From Adlercreutzia mucosicola DSM 19490 (GTDB lineage: Bacteria > Actinomycetota > Coriobacteriia > Coriobacteriales > Eggerthellaceae), in contig NZ_AUGK01000003.1 of NCBI RefSeq assembly GCF_000422625.1, positions 178,374-210,373 of the forward strand: a stretch of DNA of 32,000 nt, written 5' to 3'. Position 1 is the first letter of the stretch, and each line of letters starts with the position of its first letter. Of this stretch, positions 1 to 8,717 are shown piece after piece. The position numbers were made by a program, and so were the translations under genes. The notes below the pieces were generated by a model. It made no database searches and was not told the origin of the DNA. It was given only the letters and a program-made list of their open reading frames with translations.

Positions 1-15
1 AGTGCCATCAACCGA

Positions 16-37
16 GAAGGGGCCGTAAGGCCCCTTC
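16..37 (-). terminator. GC-rich hairpin downstream of the sigma-factor ORF (weak intrinsic terminator candidate)
   Basis: GAAGGGGCC-gtaa-GGCCCCTTC forms a 9-bp perfect stem. There is no clear U-tract on either strand. Confidence 0.3.
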
Positions 38-125
38 GTCGTGTCAGGATGAGTGCACGCCCGCACAATGAGCGCTTGAGGACAACATGGCCGCGGCCCG
101 CCCAGCGGTCTTAAGGGACTTGCGG

Positions 126-728
126 CTAGAGATCGGAAAGAGAGGTGGGCTCGGCGGGTGGGAGCGATATGGTTACGGTTCCCTCGGCGATGTTGCCGCA
201 AAGGTCGGTGGCGGTGAGCGTGTAGGCGCCAGAGGGAACGTCGAAGCGACAAATGACTCCAGAGCCTTCGGCCGCCGCGTCGCGCTCGCGATCGTCCAGC
301 ACCTCGCGCAGCGCCCGGGCTAGCAATGCCTGCTCGTCGCGGGTGTTCGTGATAATGGCGGGATCGGCGGTGTGCTCTGCCCGAGCTTCGTGCTTCTCGT
401 CGCGCTCGGCCGCTTCCAGGTCGTCCGCCGGTGCGGGGATCTCGCGCGGACGGCTCGTCCGCTCATAGTGGCGCAGACACACATTGTGCGTAACGGTGTT
501 CAGGTAGCCCACGAATGAGCGCGGACGAATCTTGGCGATGTTTTTCCAAACGGTCAGATACACTTCTTGCAGCAGGTCGGGGGCGACCTCTGCATTGGTT
601 TTCGCGGCGATGGAGAAGAATTGCGCCTGAGCGGTAAGCCGATAGGCCTCCTCGAAGGCGTTCCGGTCGCCTGTTTGCGCCTGAGCAACCAAATGGGCGA
701 GGTGTTCGTAGGGGTCCGTTTCCCGCAT
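126..728 (-). CDS. Sigma-70/ECF-like sigma factor remnant: region 2 present, region 4 HTH absent and replaced by an Ig-like fragment
   Basis: Region-2-like DLLQEVYLTVWKNIAKIRPRSFVGYLNTVTHNVCLRHYER. The start of region 4 (ALREVLDDRERDA) runs straight into VICRFDVPSGAYTLTATDLCGNIAEGTVTISLPP, with no HTH. Confidence 0.6.
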   Translation of the reverse strand: MRETDPYEHLAHLVAQAQTGDRNAFEEAYRLTAQAQFFSIAAKTNAEVAPDLLQEVYLTVWKNIAKIRPRSFVGYLNTVTHNVCLRHYERTSRPREIPAPADDLEAAERDEKHEARAEHTADPAIITNTRDEQALLARALREVLDDRERDAAAEGSGVICRFDVPSGAYTLTATDLCGNIAEGTVTISLPPAEPTSLSDL

Positions 729-740
729 TCGCTTGCGCCT

Positions 741-1591
741 CTACAGTTCGAATTCCTCGAAGAGGGCCGTGCGTCGCGCTTCGTCGGAGGTCGCCATGCG
801 CAGGTCGTCAAGGCGCCCTTCAGCCAAAAGGTGTTCGACCAGGAAACTGTAGCGAGCCTCCGCCTCTTTTGCGCCCTCGGCACGACCCTCGGCGCGCCCC
901 TCGGTGAGTCCCTGCTCGCGACCCTCTTCCCGTCCCTCCTCCAGTCCCTTTTTTCGAGCCAGGCGTTCCAGGATGCGGGCACGACGGGCATCGTTCTCCT
1001 CGATGGTGCTCACGCAGTAAAACACTTTGTCCACCCACTTCCGGTCGTTGTTTGCCTTGGCGACGATCTCGTCGATGCGCTGAACGAGCGAACTTGCGCC
1101 GATGCAGCCATTTTGCGTGTAGTGTAGCAGATCGCGCAAGACCCCATCGGGCAAAGTGTCCCAAGCCTGTGCATTCAGGGCAATCCAATGGGAATTGCAG
1201 TCAATTGAGAGGTCGGGCACCTCCGAGCAGCGTCGTTCCAGGGTGTAAACGGGCAGATTGAGATCGAAGGGATCGTGGGTGCACAGGAACACGATGAAGC
1301 TCTCGCACAGCTCGTCGTAGTCCTTGCCCGGCGCGAGAGTGGCCATGTCGAGAGTGGCCTGGTAATAACGGAACCGGCGGCCCAACAAGGGCTCGGGGCA
1401 CATTGCATCTCGATGTCGTAGACCCGGTTGCCCTCGCGGGCGTACACGTCCATGCGTACGCCGCGGCTCTCGACGGCCGGTTCCAGCACTTGCTCGGCGT
1501 TCAGGTAGTCGATGCGATCGACATCGATGCCGAGCACGCAGCGGATGAATTGGCGGCAGACCGATTCGTCCAGCATGACGCGGCCGAACAT
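741..1591 (-). pseudogene. Rpn-family recombination-promoting nuclease / PD-(D/E)XK putative transposase, frameshifted
   Basis: The N-terminal part (ORF 1175-1591: FTNRWMFGRVMLDE...VYDIEMQ) and the body (ORF 741-1403: PEPLLGRRFRYYQATLDM...THDPF) lie in different frames. The join is at a GGGG/CCCC run near 1392-1403. The C-terminus is a typical Glu/Arg-rich repeat tail. Confidence 0.75.
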
Positions 1592-2016
1592 CCAGCGATT
1601 AGTGAAGGCGAGACGGGGCGGCTCATGGGCGGTCCTTTCGGCGCGGCGGGTATGGTATGAGCAGCGTATCAGGCGGCAACCGCGGTTTCGTCTCGGGAAT
1701 CACCGTCTGCGTGCCGTCGTGCTGTCGGGAGAATTGCGTCGGAAAGCCGTCTGCTGGCCGCAGCGGTGTCGGAGCGTGGCCGTCAGGTCGCCGTGGGGAG
1801 TCGCATCGAGCTTGCGTGGAGGTGGCTTCGCGGGTGTCGGAGGTCGCAGGTCGCAGACGGTCCAGCATCGGGGCGAATTGTGGTGAAGATGTGGGGGAAC
1901 GAAATAACAACGGAAAGGGTGAACCGTTTCTCCCGGTTGGCGGATGTTTGATTTTGAATACCTATCTTTTTCATCCACACCTGGTAAATTGCGATAGTGC
2001 GCGAGGAGGAAGCATC

Positions 2017-3308
2017 ATGGAAAAAGGCGCGAACCGGCCCTGGGCAAGCCGGGAAAGGAAGCGAAGCACCCGCGATCTGCATCCCGCGTCGACCTCACGA
2101 CGCCCCTCCTTCTTCAATCGACTTTTGCGCGTCTCGCTGGCGGTGATTCTGGCTGCGGGGCTGCTTCCCCTGTTGCCCGTGACGCCCGCTGTGGAAGAGG
2201 CCGAAGCCTTGGCGGGGACGACCAATTACGAGGACGCGTTCAAGATAATCAATCGTCGTGGTACGCCAGGAGACATCTCAGGAAACAGAAAGTGCAGCCG
2301 GGCAAGTCCCTCTCCCCGGCTGACGCGCGCAGCCTGATGGAGCGCCGCTACGCCTTCACGCCCGAGGGCGGTGGTGCGGTGACCGAGTTGAAGCTGACCC
2401 TGGCCGACGGGGCGGGCAGCCCAGTTTCCGTCATCGACCTGGGCCGTCCTGGCGCGTGGCGCATCACCTACAAAGTGGCTGACGCCAGCGGCAATACCAT
2501 TACGGTGAACCTGCGCTACGTGGTGGTGACTGACGCGCCTACGGTGACGCCGATGCCCGATCCCGAGCGTCCGGGTGTGGGCCCGGGCGGCCAACCGCTG
2601 CCGCCGGGCGAGACGAACGTTGATTCCGAGACGGGCCTGACCCACACCGTGGTGACCGATCATGTGGTGACCCGCACGTCCGACCTGCTGCTGACGCCCG
2701 AGGCCATGGCCGAGTTCATCAGCGCGCGCTACGATCTTGCCCCGGGCTCGTCGGGCGGCGGTACCGCTCCGTTGAGCGTTGTCCTCACGGCGGCGAGCGC
2801 CCGCGCCCGGGCCTCGACGGCGGCTTTTTCGGGTATCACGGCCAGCGAGGTGCGTCTTTTTAACGCCGCGGGTGCGCCCGCGCTGGTCATCGACTGCTCG
2901 GAGCCCGGCGTATGGTACGCTGAGCAGGTGTTTTCCGACTCCTTTGGCGACACCACCACGCTGAAGCTCACCTATGAGCTGCGCGAGGGCAACGTTCAGG
3001 GCGGCATCTCCGATGGAGGCAACGGTGGTTCCAATGGCGGTACCGGCAACGTGTCCGTGAGTGAGGCTGGCCCGCTGACGGGCGACGGCTCTGGTCTGGG
3101 GCGCAGCCGATGGGCGTCGGCTATTCACCAGCTGCCCCAGACGGGCGGCATTCTGGGTCCCTGTCCGCTGCACATCATGTTCGTGCTGATCATGGTGCTG
3201 TCGGGCGCCTACACCCTGATGCGCCTGCGTCAGGAATCGTCGGGGCGCGAGGAGCGCCGCCGCCACGATGCCGAGTGGGAGGAGTTCCGCCGTGAAGCTG
3301 TCCGATAA
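2017..3308 (+). pseudogene. LPXTG cell-wall-anchored surface protein with Ig-like repeats; signal peptide and body are in different frames
   Basis: RBS GAGGAGGA precedes ATG 2017 and a signal peptide (FFNRLLRVSLAVILAAGLLPLLPVTPAVEEAEA) in frame 1. That frame stops at 2337. The body continues in frame 3 from about 2285-2292. LPQTG at 3132-3146 is followed by a hydrophobic helix and an Arg-rich tail. Confidence 0.65.
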
Positions 3309-3483
3309 GCTGCTCTACGCTCTGTTCGTGTTGGCCGCCGTTGCTCTCGGCACCCTTAGTTTTTGCTCTTCCGACTGGCTCTGGGCCATCACGACCGTAG
3401 CCGTTGTGCTCGTTTGCGCCTTCCTCCTTCGTCACCGTTGCCAGAAGGGCGTCCCTGATGCGCCAGAAAAGGAAAGGTCGTAG
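3292..3483 (+). CDS. Small two-helix membrane protein (hypothetical)
   Basis: GTG 3292 lies 7 nt after GGGAGGAG (alternative ATG at 3268). There are two hydrophobic segments. The gene overlaps the end of the LPXTG gene and is followed by a long hairpin. Confidence 0.5.
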   Translation: MKLSDKLLYALFVLAAVALGTLSFCSSDWLWAITTVAVVLVCAFLLRHRCQKGVPDAPEKERS

Positions 3484-3485
3484 GA

Positions 3486-3542
3486 GCAAGAACCGCAGCC
3501 CGAGAGGCCTCGCAGGGGCGGCCTTCGGGCTGCGGTTCTTGC
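3486..3542. terminator. Bidirectional hairpin between convergent genes
   Basis: GCAAGAACCGCAGCCCGA ... TCGGGCTGCGGTTCTTGC gives an 18-bp perfect stem with a 21-nt loop. It sits between the small membrane ORF (+) and murB (-). Confidence 0.7.
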
Positions 3543-3632
3543 CATGGGTTGGTGCGAGGTGCGGCTTGGGAGCGCTCTGTAGGGGCGCTCCCTTCAGGCC
3601 GCCCGGCGAATCGGGCGACCCGTGGGTTTCCG

Positions 3633-4658
3633 CTACTGCCAAAGGCGCACTTCGGGGGCGAGGGAAACGCCGCTGGCCTCTCGTACGCGGCGCTGCACTT
3701 CGGCGATGAGGGCGAGCACATCGGCGGCGGTGGCGTTGCCGATGTTGACGACGAAGCCGGCGTGCTTGGTGGACACCTGGGCGTCGCCAACGCACAGGCC
3801 CTGGCAGCCAGCGTCCTGGATGAGCTTGCCGGCGAAGTAACCTTCGGGGCGCTTGAAGGTGGAGCCGGCCGAGGGCACCTCCAGGGGTTGTTTCTCGGCG
3901 CGGCGGCGGGCGAGATCGTCCATGCGCGCGCGGATGGCGGCGGGGGAGTCGGGCCGCAGCTGAAGCGTGGCGCCCAGCACCACCCAGCCCTCGTGCATCA
4001 TGCGGCTCGTGCGATAGCCCCATGCCGCTTCGCTCGCGGGGACATCTACGACCACCAGGCCCTCCCCCTCTTCTTCTCCTTCGGCCGCGCCGCCGACTCC
4101 CGTGCACTCGGCGGCAGTTTCACACTGCTTCGCATGCTCGGCCGTGTTCAATCCCCCGGCTGCGGCTGCGCTTGCCGGTACGAGGCAGCGCACGCTGACA
4201 GCTACGTCGGAGAATTGGCCCTCGTAGGCGCCGGCATTCATGATGGCCGCGCCGCCGATGGTGCCAGGGATGCCGCTGGCGAACTCGTAGCCGGACAGGC
4301 CCGTCTCCCAGGCGGCCTCGGCCACGGCGGCGTTGGTGGCGCCGGCGCCAGCGCGCACAAGCCCGCCGGGCAGCACGTCCACGGCGGCGAAGTTATCGGT
4401 CAGTTGCAGGGTCACACCGGGTAGTCCCTCGTCGGGCGCCAGCACGTTCGAGCCCGCGCCCAGGATGCGCAGGGGCACCCCGGCCTGACGGCAGGCGGCA
4501 CAGACCGCGGCCGCCTCGTCTTCGGTACGGGGCCGCACGAGCCATTGGGCCGGCCCTCCGATGCGAAACGTCGTGTGCGCGGCCAACGGCTCGTCGGCGA
4601 GCAGGTTTTCCGCGCCCACGATGGTGCGGATAGAATCGGAGAAGGTGGCGTCGACCAT
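3633..4658 (-). CDS. murB: UDP-N-acetylenolpyruvoylglucosamine reductase
   Basis: FAD-binding N-terminus (TTFRIGGPAQWLVRP, GAGSNVL) and C-terminal domain (GSTFKRPEGYFAGKLIQDAGCQG, VSTKHAGFVVN). It carries an Ala/Glu-rich internal insertion. Confidence 0.9.
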   Translation of the reverse strand: MVDATFSDSIRTIVGAENLLADEPLAAHTTFRIGGPAQWLVRPRTEDEAAAVCAACRQAGVPLRILGAGSNVLAPDEGLPGVTLQLTDNFAAVDVLPGGLVRAGAGATNAAVAEAAWETGLSGYEFASGIPGTIGGAAIMNAGAYEGQFSDVAVSVRCLVPASAAAAGGLNTAEHAKQCETAAECTGVGGAAEGEEEGEGLVVVDVPASEAAWGYRTSRMMHEGWVVLGATLQLRPDSPAAIRARMDDLARRRAEKQPLEVPSAGSTFKRPEGYFAGKLIQDAGCQGLCVGDAQVSTKHAGFVVNIGNATAADVLALIAEVQRRVREASGVSLAPEVRLWQ

Positions 4659-4738
4659 GGGGTTCCTTTCGTGCGATTGGCGGGCGCGGGGCCGGGGCGG
4701 GGGGGGCGGTTCGCGGGTTGCGGGAGGATTGGAGCCTT

Positions 4739-4833
4739 CCCCTACGGAGACCGCCCCTGCGGAGACCCCCGCGAGACCACCCCTGCGGAGGCCTCGGCGG
4801 AGGCCCCCGCGAGACCGCCCCCGCGAGGCCCTA
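4739..4833. repeat. Degenerate ~12-13 nt tandem repeats in the murB/trkH divergent intergenic region
   Basis: Units such as CCCCTACGGAGAC, CGCCCCTGCGGAGAC, CCCCGCGAGAC, CACCCCTGCGGAG and GCCCCCGCGAGAC. A G-run cluster lies just upstream at 4682-4706. Confidence 0.6.
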
Positions 4834-4972
4834 GCGCAGGGCGCCTATGCGGGGCCGTGGCGCCCGCTTGTCATACCAGGTAGGTAACTGGTGGTGACCC
4901 GCACTGCTCATTGTACTAGAATACGCCCATGACGAAATCGCCTACATATCATTGTCGATGGGGACGCTAGCC

Positions 4973-5104
4973 ATGGCGCGCAAGCATCCCGACATCAAGC
5001 CCGCCACGCCGGGTGCGGCCATTACGCTCATGTTGCTGTCCATTGTCTGCTTCATTATCGGGCTGTGGGCGCTTATGGCCCTGACGCGGATCGTGCTGGG
5101 GTAG
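4973..5104 (+). CDS. 43-aa single-helix membrane micro-protein, coupled to trkH (hypothetical)
   Basis: MARKHPDIKPATPGAAITLMLLSIVCFIIGLWALMALTRIVLG. The stop codon lies 4 nt before the trkH ATG. It is not in the ORF track because it is under 60 aa. Coding status is unproven. Confidence 0.35.
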   Translation: MARKHPDIKPATPGAAITLMLLSIVCFIIGLWALMALTRIVLG

Positions 5105-5108
5105 TGGC

Positions 5109-6629
5109 ATGTGGTTGCGCTTCACACTCTATGACCTGCGGGTCATCGGCCACTATTTGGGCACCTTGGTGCTTTTTTTCGCCGTGCTCATGTTGGTGCC
5201 TCTGGGAACGGCGCTCGTGTTCCAGGAATGGGAGCCGGCTTCCCGCTACCTCGTGGCGGCCGGCATCACCATGGTGGCCGGCTGCACTCTGCGCTTCCTG
5301 CGCATCGAGCCGGGTCGCCTGTCGCGCCGCCAGGCTTTGGCGGTCACGGGCTTCGCCTGGGTGGTGCTGGCGCTGTTCGCCTCTATTCCGCTGTACTTCT
5401 CGGGACATTACGCCACCTACCTGGATGCCGTGTTCGATGGCGTGTCGGGCCTCACCACCACCGGCGCCTCGGTCATCGTGGACTTGGACCACCTCTCCTA
5501 CGCCGACAACATGTTCCGCTTCGCCATGCACGCCCTGGGCGGCCTCGGCCTTATCGTGGTGGCCCTGTCCTTCGGCCTGTTCGGCCGGGGCGGCGGCGCG
5601 TCGCTGTTCTCATCGGAGGGCCGCAGCGAGCATGTGGTGCCCAACGTGGTGCAGACCACCCAGTTCATCGCCCGCATCACGCTGATCATCGTCACCGTGG
5701 CCACAGCGATCATCATGGGGCTGTGCCTGGGGCTCGGCATGGAGCCGGCCCGCGCCTTCCTCAACGCGCTGTGGGTGTCCATCTCGGGCTTTCTCACCGG
5801 CGGCTTCACGCCGATGCAGCTCTCTATTATGTACTACCATTCCTTCCCCTTGGAATGCATCCTCATGGTGCTCATGATTCTGGGCTCCATCAGCTTTGTG
5901 CTGTATGCGGAAGTGGGGAAGGGCAATGTCAGCGCCTTCTTCAGGGACATCGAGACGAAGACCATGGTGCTGTGGATCGCGGTGATGGCCTTCGTGTTCA
6001 CGGCCACGCTGTCGTCGTGGTCGCTGTTCGACGACATGCTGGCGCTTTTGCGCCGCGGCCTGTTCATGATCATCTCGGCCTTCACCACCACGGGCTTTCA
6101 GGTGGTCACCACCAATCAGATCACCACGGCGTTCTCCAACGGCGCCTTTCTCACCTTGGCCTTCATTATGGCCGTGGGCGGCAGCTCCGGATCCACGGCC
6201 GGTGGCATCAAGTTCTCGCGCATGGGCATTATCCTGAAGTCCATTGTGGCGAACGTGAAGGAGGCCCTGGCTCCTGATTCGGCTCGCGTGGTGGTGGCCT
6301 ACAACCATCTGGGTCGCCGCGTGCTCACGCCGAATATCGTGAAAGAGGCCATGACGGTGTTCATCCTGTACGTGATCACCTACGTCATCGGCGCGCTCGT
6401 GGGCATCGCCCATGGCGGCGAGGCCATCCCCGCCATCTTCGAGTCGGTGGCCATGACCTCCAACGGCGGCATCATCACCTCCATGGCCCATCCGGGTATG
6501 GCACCCACGCTGGAGCTGTTCTACATTCTGCAGATGTGGGCCGGCCGTCTGGAATTCGTGACGCTGCTGGCGCTGATCGTGGAAGTGGGCGCATCGCTTG
6601 TGCCCCGTCGGAAGGCGAGGCGCTCATGA
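5109..6629 (+). CDS. trkH: TrkH/KtrB-family potassium (cation) transporter
   Basis: Polytopic 506-aa protein with four pore-loop-like motifs (TTTGAS, LTGGFTP, TTTGFQ, MTSNGG). Confidence 0.9.
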   Translation: MWLRFTLYDLRVIGHYLGTLVLFFAVLMLVPLGTALVFQEWEPASRYLVAAGITMVAGCTLRFLRIEPGRLSRRQALAVTGFAWVVLALFASIPLYFSGHYATYLDAVFDGVSGLTTTGASVIVDLDHLSYADNMFRFAMHALGGLGLIVVALSFGLFGRGGGASLFSSEGRSEHVVPNVVQTTQFIARITLIIVTVATAIIMGLCLGLGMEPARAFLNALWVSISGFLTGGFTPMQLSIMYYHSFPLECILMVLMILGSISFVLYAEVGKGNVSAFFRDIETKTMVLWIAVMAFVFTATLSSWSLFDDMLALLRRGLFMIISAFTTTGFQVVTTNQITTAFSNGAFLTLAFIMAVGGSSGSTAGGIKFSRMGIILKSIVANVKEALAPDSARVVVAYNHLGRRVLTPNIVKEAMTVFILYVITYVIGALVGIAHGGEAIPAIFESVAMTSNGGIITSMAHPGMAPTLELFYILQMWAGRLEFVTLLALIVEVGASLVPRRKARRS

Positions 6630-7600
6630 GTCGGCTGCGAAAAGGGGCGCGCCTCCCCGTACTCGGCCTGGTCACCGCGGCGCTGGCGGGTTGGCTTCTG
6701 GCCGTGACCTGCGTAGCTGTGGGCGGTGCGGTCAGCGACGACGGCACCGGTCCGGCCGAGCCCGCGCCCCGGGCGGCCTGGGCCGACAACCCCACCAACG
6801 AGGCGGTGCCCACCGACGACACTGGCGTGGTGGATCCCAACGCGGGGAAGGATAAGCAGCCCGAGGGCAACGACGGCAACAGCAGCGGTGCGGGGGCCGG
6901 TTCGGACGCGAACGCGGGTACCGTGCCGCCCGCGGGCCCGGCGCCCCAGTCCGGCGACGGCGCTGCCCCCGATGGCTCGCCCGCGCCCCCGGCCGAGGGC
7001 GAGGACGCAGGCACAGGCTCAGAGGCCGGCGATGCCGCTGATGCCGCCGAGGGCGACAAGCCCGTCGCGCCCCCGGTGCTGCCCGATCCCGTCTTCGGTG
7101 AGGGCACCAATCCCGACAACCTGATCAATCCCCAGCAGAAGCCTGACAGCTCGTTCATCTACGACACCTCCATCAGCGCGCTGCAGGACGCCGATTCCTA
7201 CCTGAACAACCAGACGGTGCAGGTGACCGGCGAGGTGGTGGGCGATCGTATCAAGGCCGAGTTCGATCCCGGATTCTGCTGGATCGTCCTGCAGGCCAAC
7301 GACGATTCCTACGCCGAGGTGCCCGTCTTCATCGCCACCGATGTCACAGCCCCCATCGACACCTACGGCTCCTACGGCCGCAAGGGCACCACGCTGCAGG
7401 TGCGCGGCATCTTCCATCTGTCCTGTTCCGACCACGAGGGCCTCACCGACCTGCACGCCGACACCGTCGCGGCTGTGGAAAAGGGCTCCATCACCCAGCA
7501 GACCTTAGACCCGAAGGCTTTCATTCCCGGCGGCATTCTCACGGTGCTGGGTTTGGTGATGCTGCTCGTGTTCCGTCACATGCGAGAGGGGCGCCGTTGA
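6626..7600 (+). CDS. Bitopic membrane protein: N-terminal helix, Pro/Ala/Gly/Asp-rich linker, compact beta-rich (OB-like?) domain, C-terminal helix (hypothetical)
   Basis: ATG 6626 overlaps the trkH stop (ATGA) and follows GGAAGGCGAGG. The ORF-track start at 6536 lies inside trkH. Its stop overlaps the rsgA start. Confidence 0.6.
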   Translation: MSRLRKGARLPVLGLVTAALAGWLLAVTCVAVGGAVSDDGTGPAEPAPRAAWADNPTNEAVPTDDTGVVDPNAGKDKQPEGNDGNSSGAGAGSDANAGTVPPAGPAPQSGDGAAPDGSPAPPAEGEDAGTGSEAGDAADAAEGDKPVAPPVLPDPVFGEGTNPDNLINPQQKPDSSFIYDTSISALQDADSYLNNQTVQVTGEVVGDRIKAEFDPGFCWIVLQANDDSYAEVPVFIATDVTAPIDTYGSYGRKGTTLQVRGIFHLSCSDHEGLTDLHADTVAAVEKGSITQQTLDPKAFIPGGILTVLGLVMLLVFRHMREGRR

Positions 7601-8622
7601 TGGCCGATACGCTGCACACCGGCGAAGTGGTGAAGCTCGACCGTGGCTATCCCCTCGTGCGTCTCTCCGATGGCGAGACGCTGCGCTGCGAGCACGCCAC
7701 GGCGCTGGTGAAGGGATGCGACCAGCGCGCGGTAATCGGCGATGTGGTGTCGGTGTTGGTGCCCGATGCCCACGATAAGGGCGTCATCGAGGCTATCGCG
7801 CCGCGCACTCGCGAATTCGTGCGGAAGGATCCCACCGAGCGCGCGGTGCCCCAGGTGCTGGCGGCCAACTTCGAGCGCGTCATCGTGGCCCAGCCCGTCA
7901 GCGAGGTGAACCTGCGCCGCCTGGAACGGGAACTGGTGCTGGCCTTCGAAACCGGCGCCGCGGTCACCGTGGTGCTGACCAAGGCCGACCTGGCCGAAGA
8001 TGATGAGGCTCTGGCCGCGGTGATGGATAAGGTGCGTGCTCTGGCCGGCCCCACTGCCGAGGTGCTGCTGGTGTCCGATACCGATCCCGCTTCCGTGGAG
8101 GCCGTGCGGCAGCTGCTGGCCCCCGATACCACCACGGTGCTCATCGGTCGTTCGGGCGTGGGGAAGTCGAGCCTGGTGAACATGCTGGTGGGCGAAGCGG
8201 TGCTGGACGTGGGCGCCGTGCGTGAGGGCGACGGCAAGGGCCGCCACACCACGGTGAGCCGCGAGATCGTGGCCGTGCCCGGGGCCGGCCGCATCGTGGA
8301 CATGCCCGGGGTGCGCGGGCTGGGGCTGTGGGATGCCGATACCGGCATCGAGGCCGCCTTCCCCGACATCGAGGCCTTGGCCGAACGGTGTCGCTTCCGC
8401 GACTGCACCCACCACGCCGAGCCCGGCTGCGCCGTGCGGGCGGCGGTGGAATCCGGGACGGTGCCCGCAGCGCGCTACGAGTCCTACCAGGCCCTCAAGC
8501 AGGAGATGGCCACGGTGAAGGATCGCCGCGAGCAGGCGCGGCGCCTCAACAAGGACAAGGCCCGCTACAGCAAGCAGTACCGCGCGAAAGGGGGATCGTC
8601 CCGCAAAAAGCGCAAGGGCTAA
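7600..8622 (+). CDS. rsgA: Ribosome small-subunit-dependent GTPase A
   Basis: Circularly permuted GTPase motifs (TKADL; GRSGVGKSSLVN; DMPGVR) and a C-terminal zinc knuckle CRFRDCTHHAEPGC. The ATG sits in a TGATG overlap with the upstream stop. Confidence 0.9.
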   Translation: MADTLHTGEVVKLDRGYPLVRLSDGETLRCEHATALVKGCDQRAVIGDVVSVLVPDAHDKGVIEAIAPRTREFVRKDPTERAVPQVLAANFERVIVAQPVSEVNLRRLERELVLAFETGAAVTVVLTKADLAEDDEALAAVMDKVRALAGPTAEVLLVSDTDPASVEAVRQLLAPDTTTVLIGRSGVGKSSLVNMLVGEAVLDVGAVREGDGKGRHTTVSREIVAVPGAGRIVDMPGVRGLGLWDADTGIEAAFPDIEALAERCRFRDCTHHAEPGCAVRAAVESGTVPAARYESYQALKQEMATVKDRREQARRLNKDKARYSKQYRAKGGSSRKKRKG

Positions 8623-8717
8623 CCGCGTTTGCTGTCGCTTTAGCCACGGGCTCCGCGCGAGCGCGCCCGAACCGTTACAATAGATGCGTTCGAGTTACCA
8701 TCCTCGAAAGGAAACCC

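Noticed and set aside
2226-4107. Minus-strand ORFs 2226-3266 (346 aa) and 3190-4107 (305 aa), and plus-strand ORF 3549-4424 (291 aa)
   Set aside because: They are shadows of the LPXTG gene and of murB. They are Arg/Gly/His-rich, motif-free, and cross a strong terminator hairpin.
8328-8717. N-terminal extensions of real genes in the ORF track (8328 for the glycosyltransferase, 14906 for the kinase, 25653 for serS, 30351 for ddl, 6536 for the bitopic protein, 14819 for nfo)
   Set aside because: Each extension overlaps the upstream gene or its intergenic repeats and lacks an RBS. In every case an internal ATG with a good Shine-Dalgarno sequence starts the conserved N-terminus.
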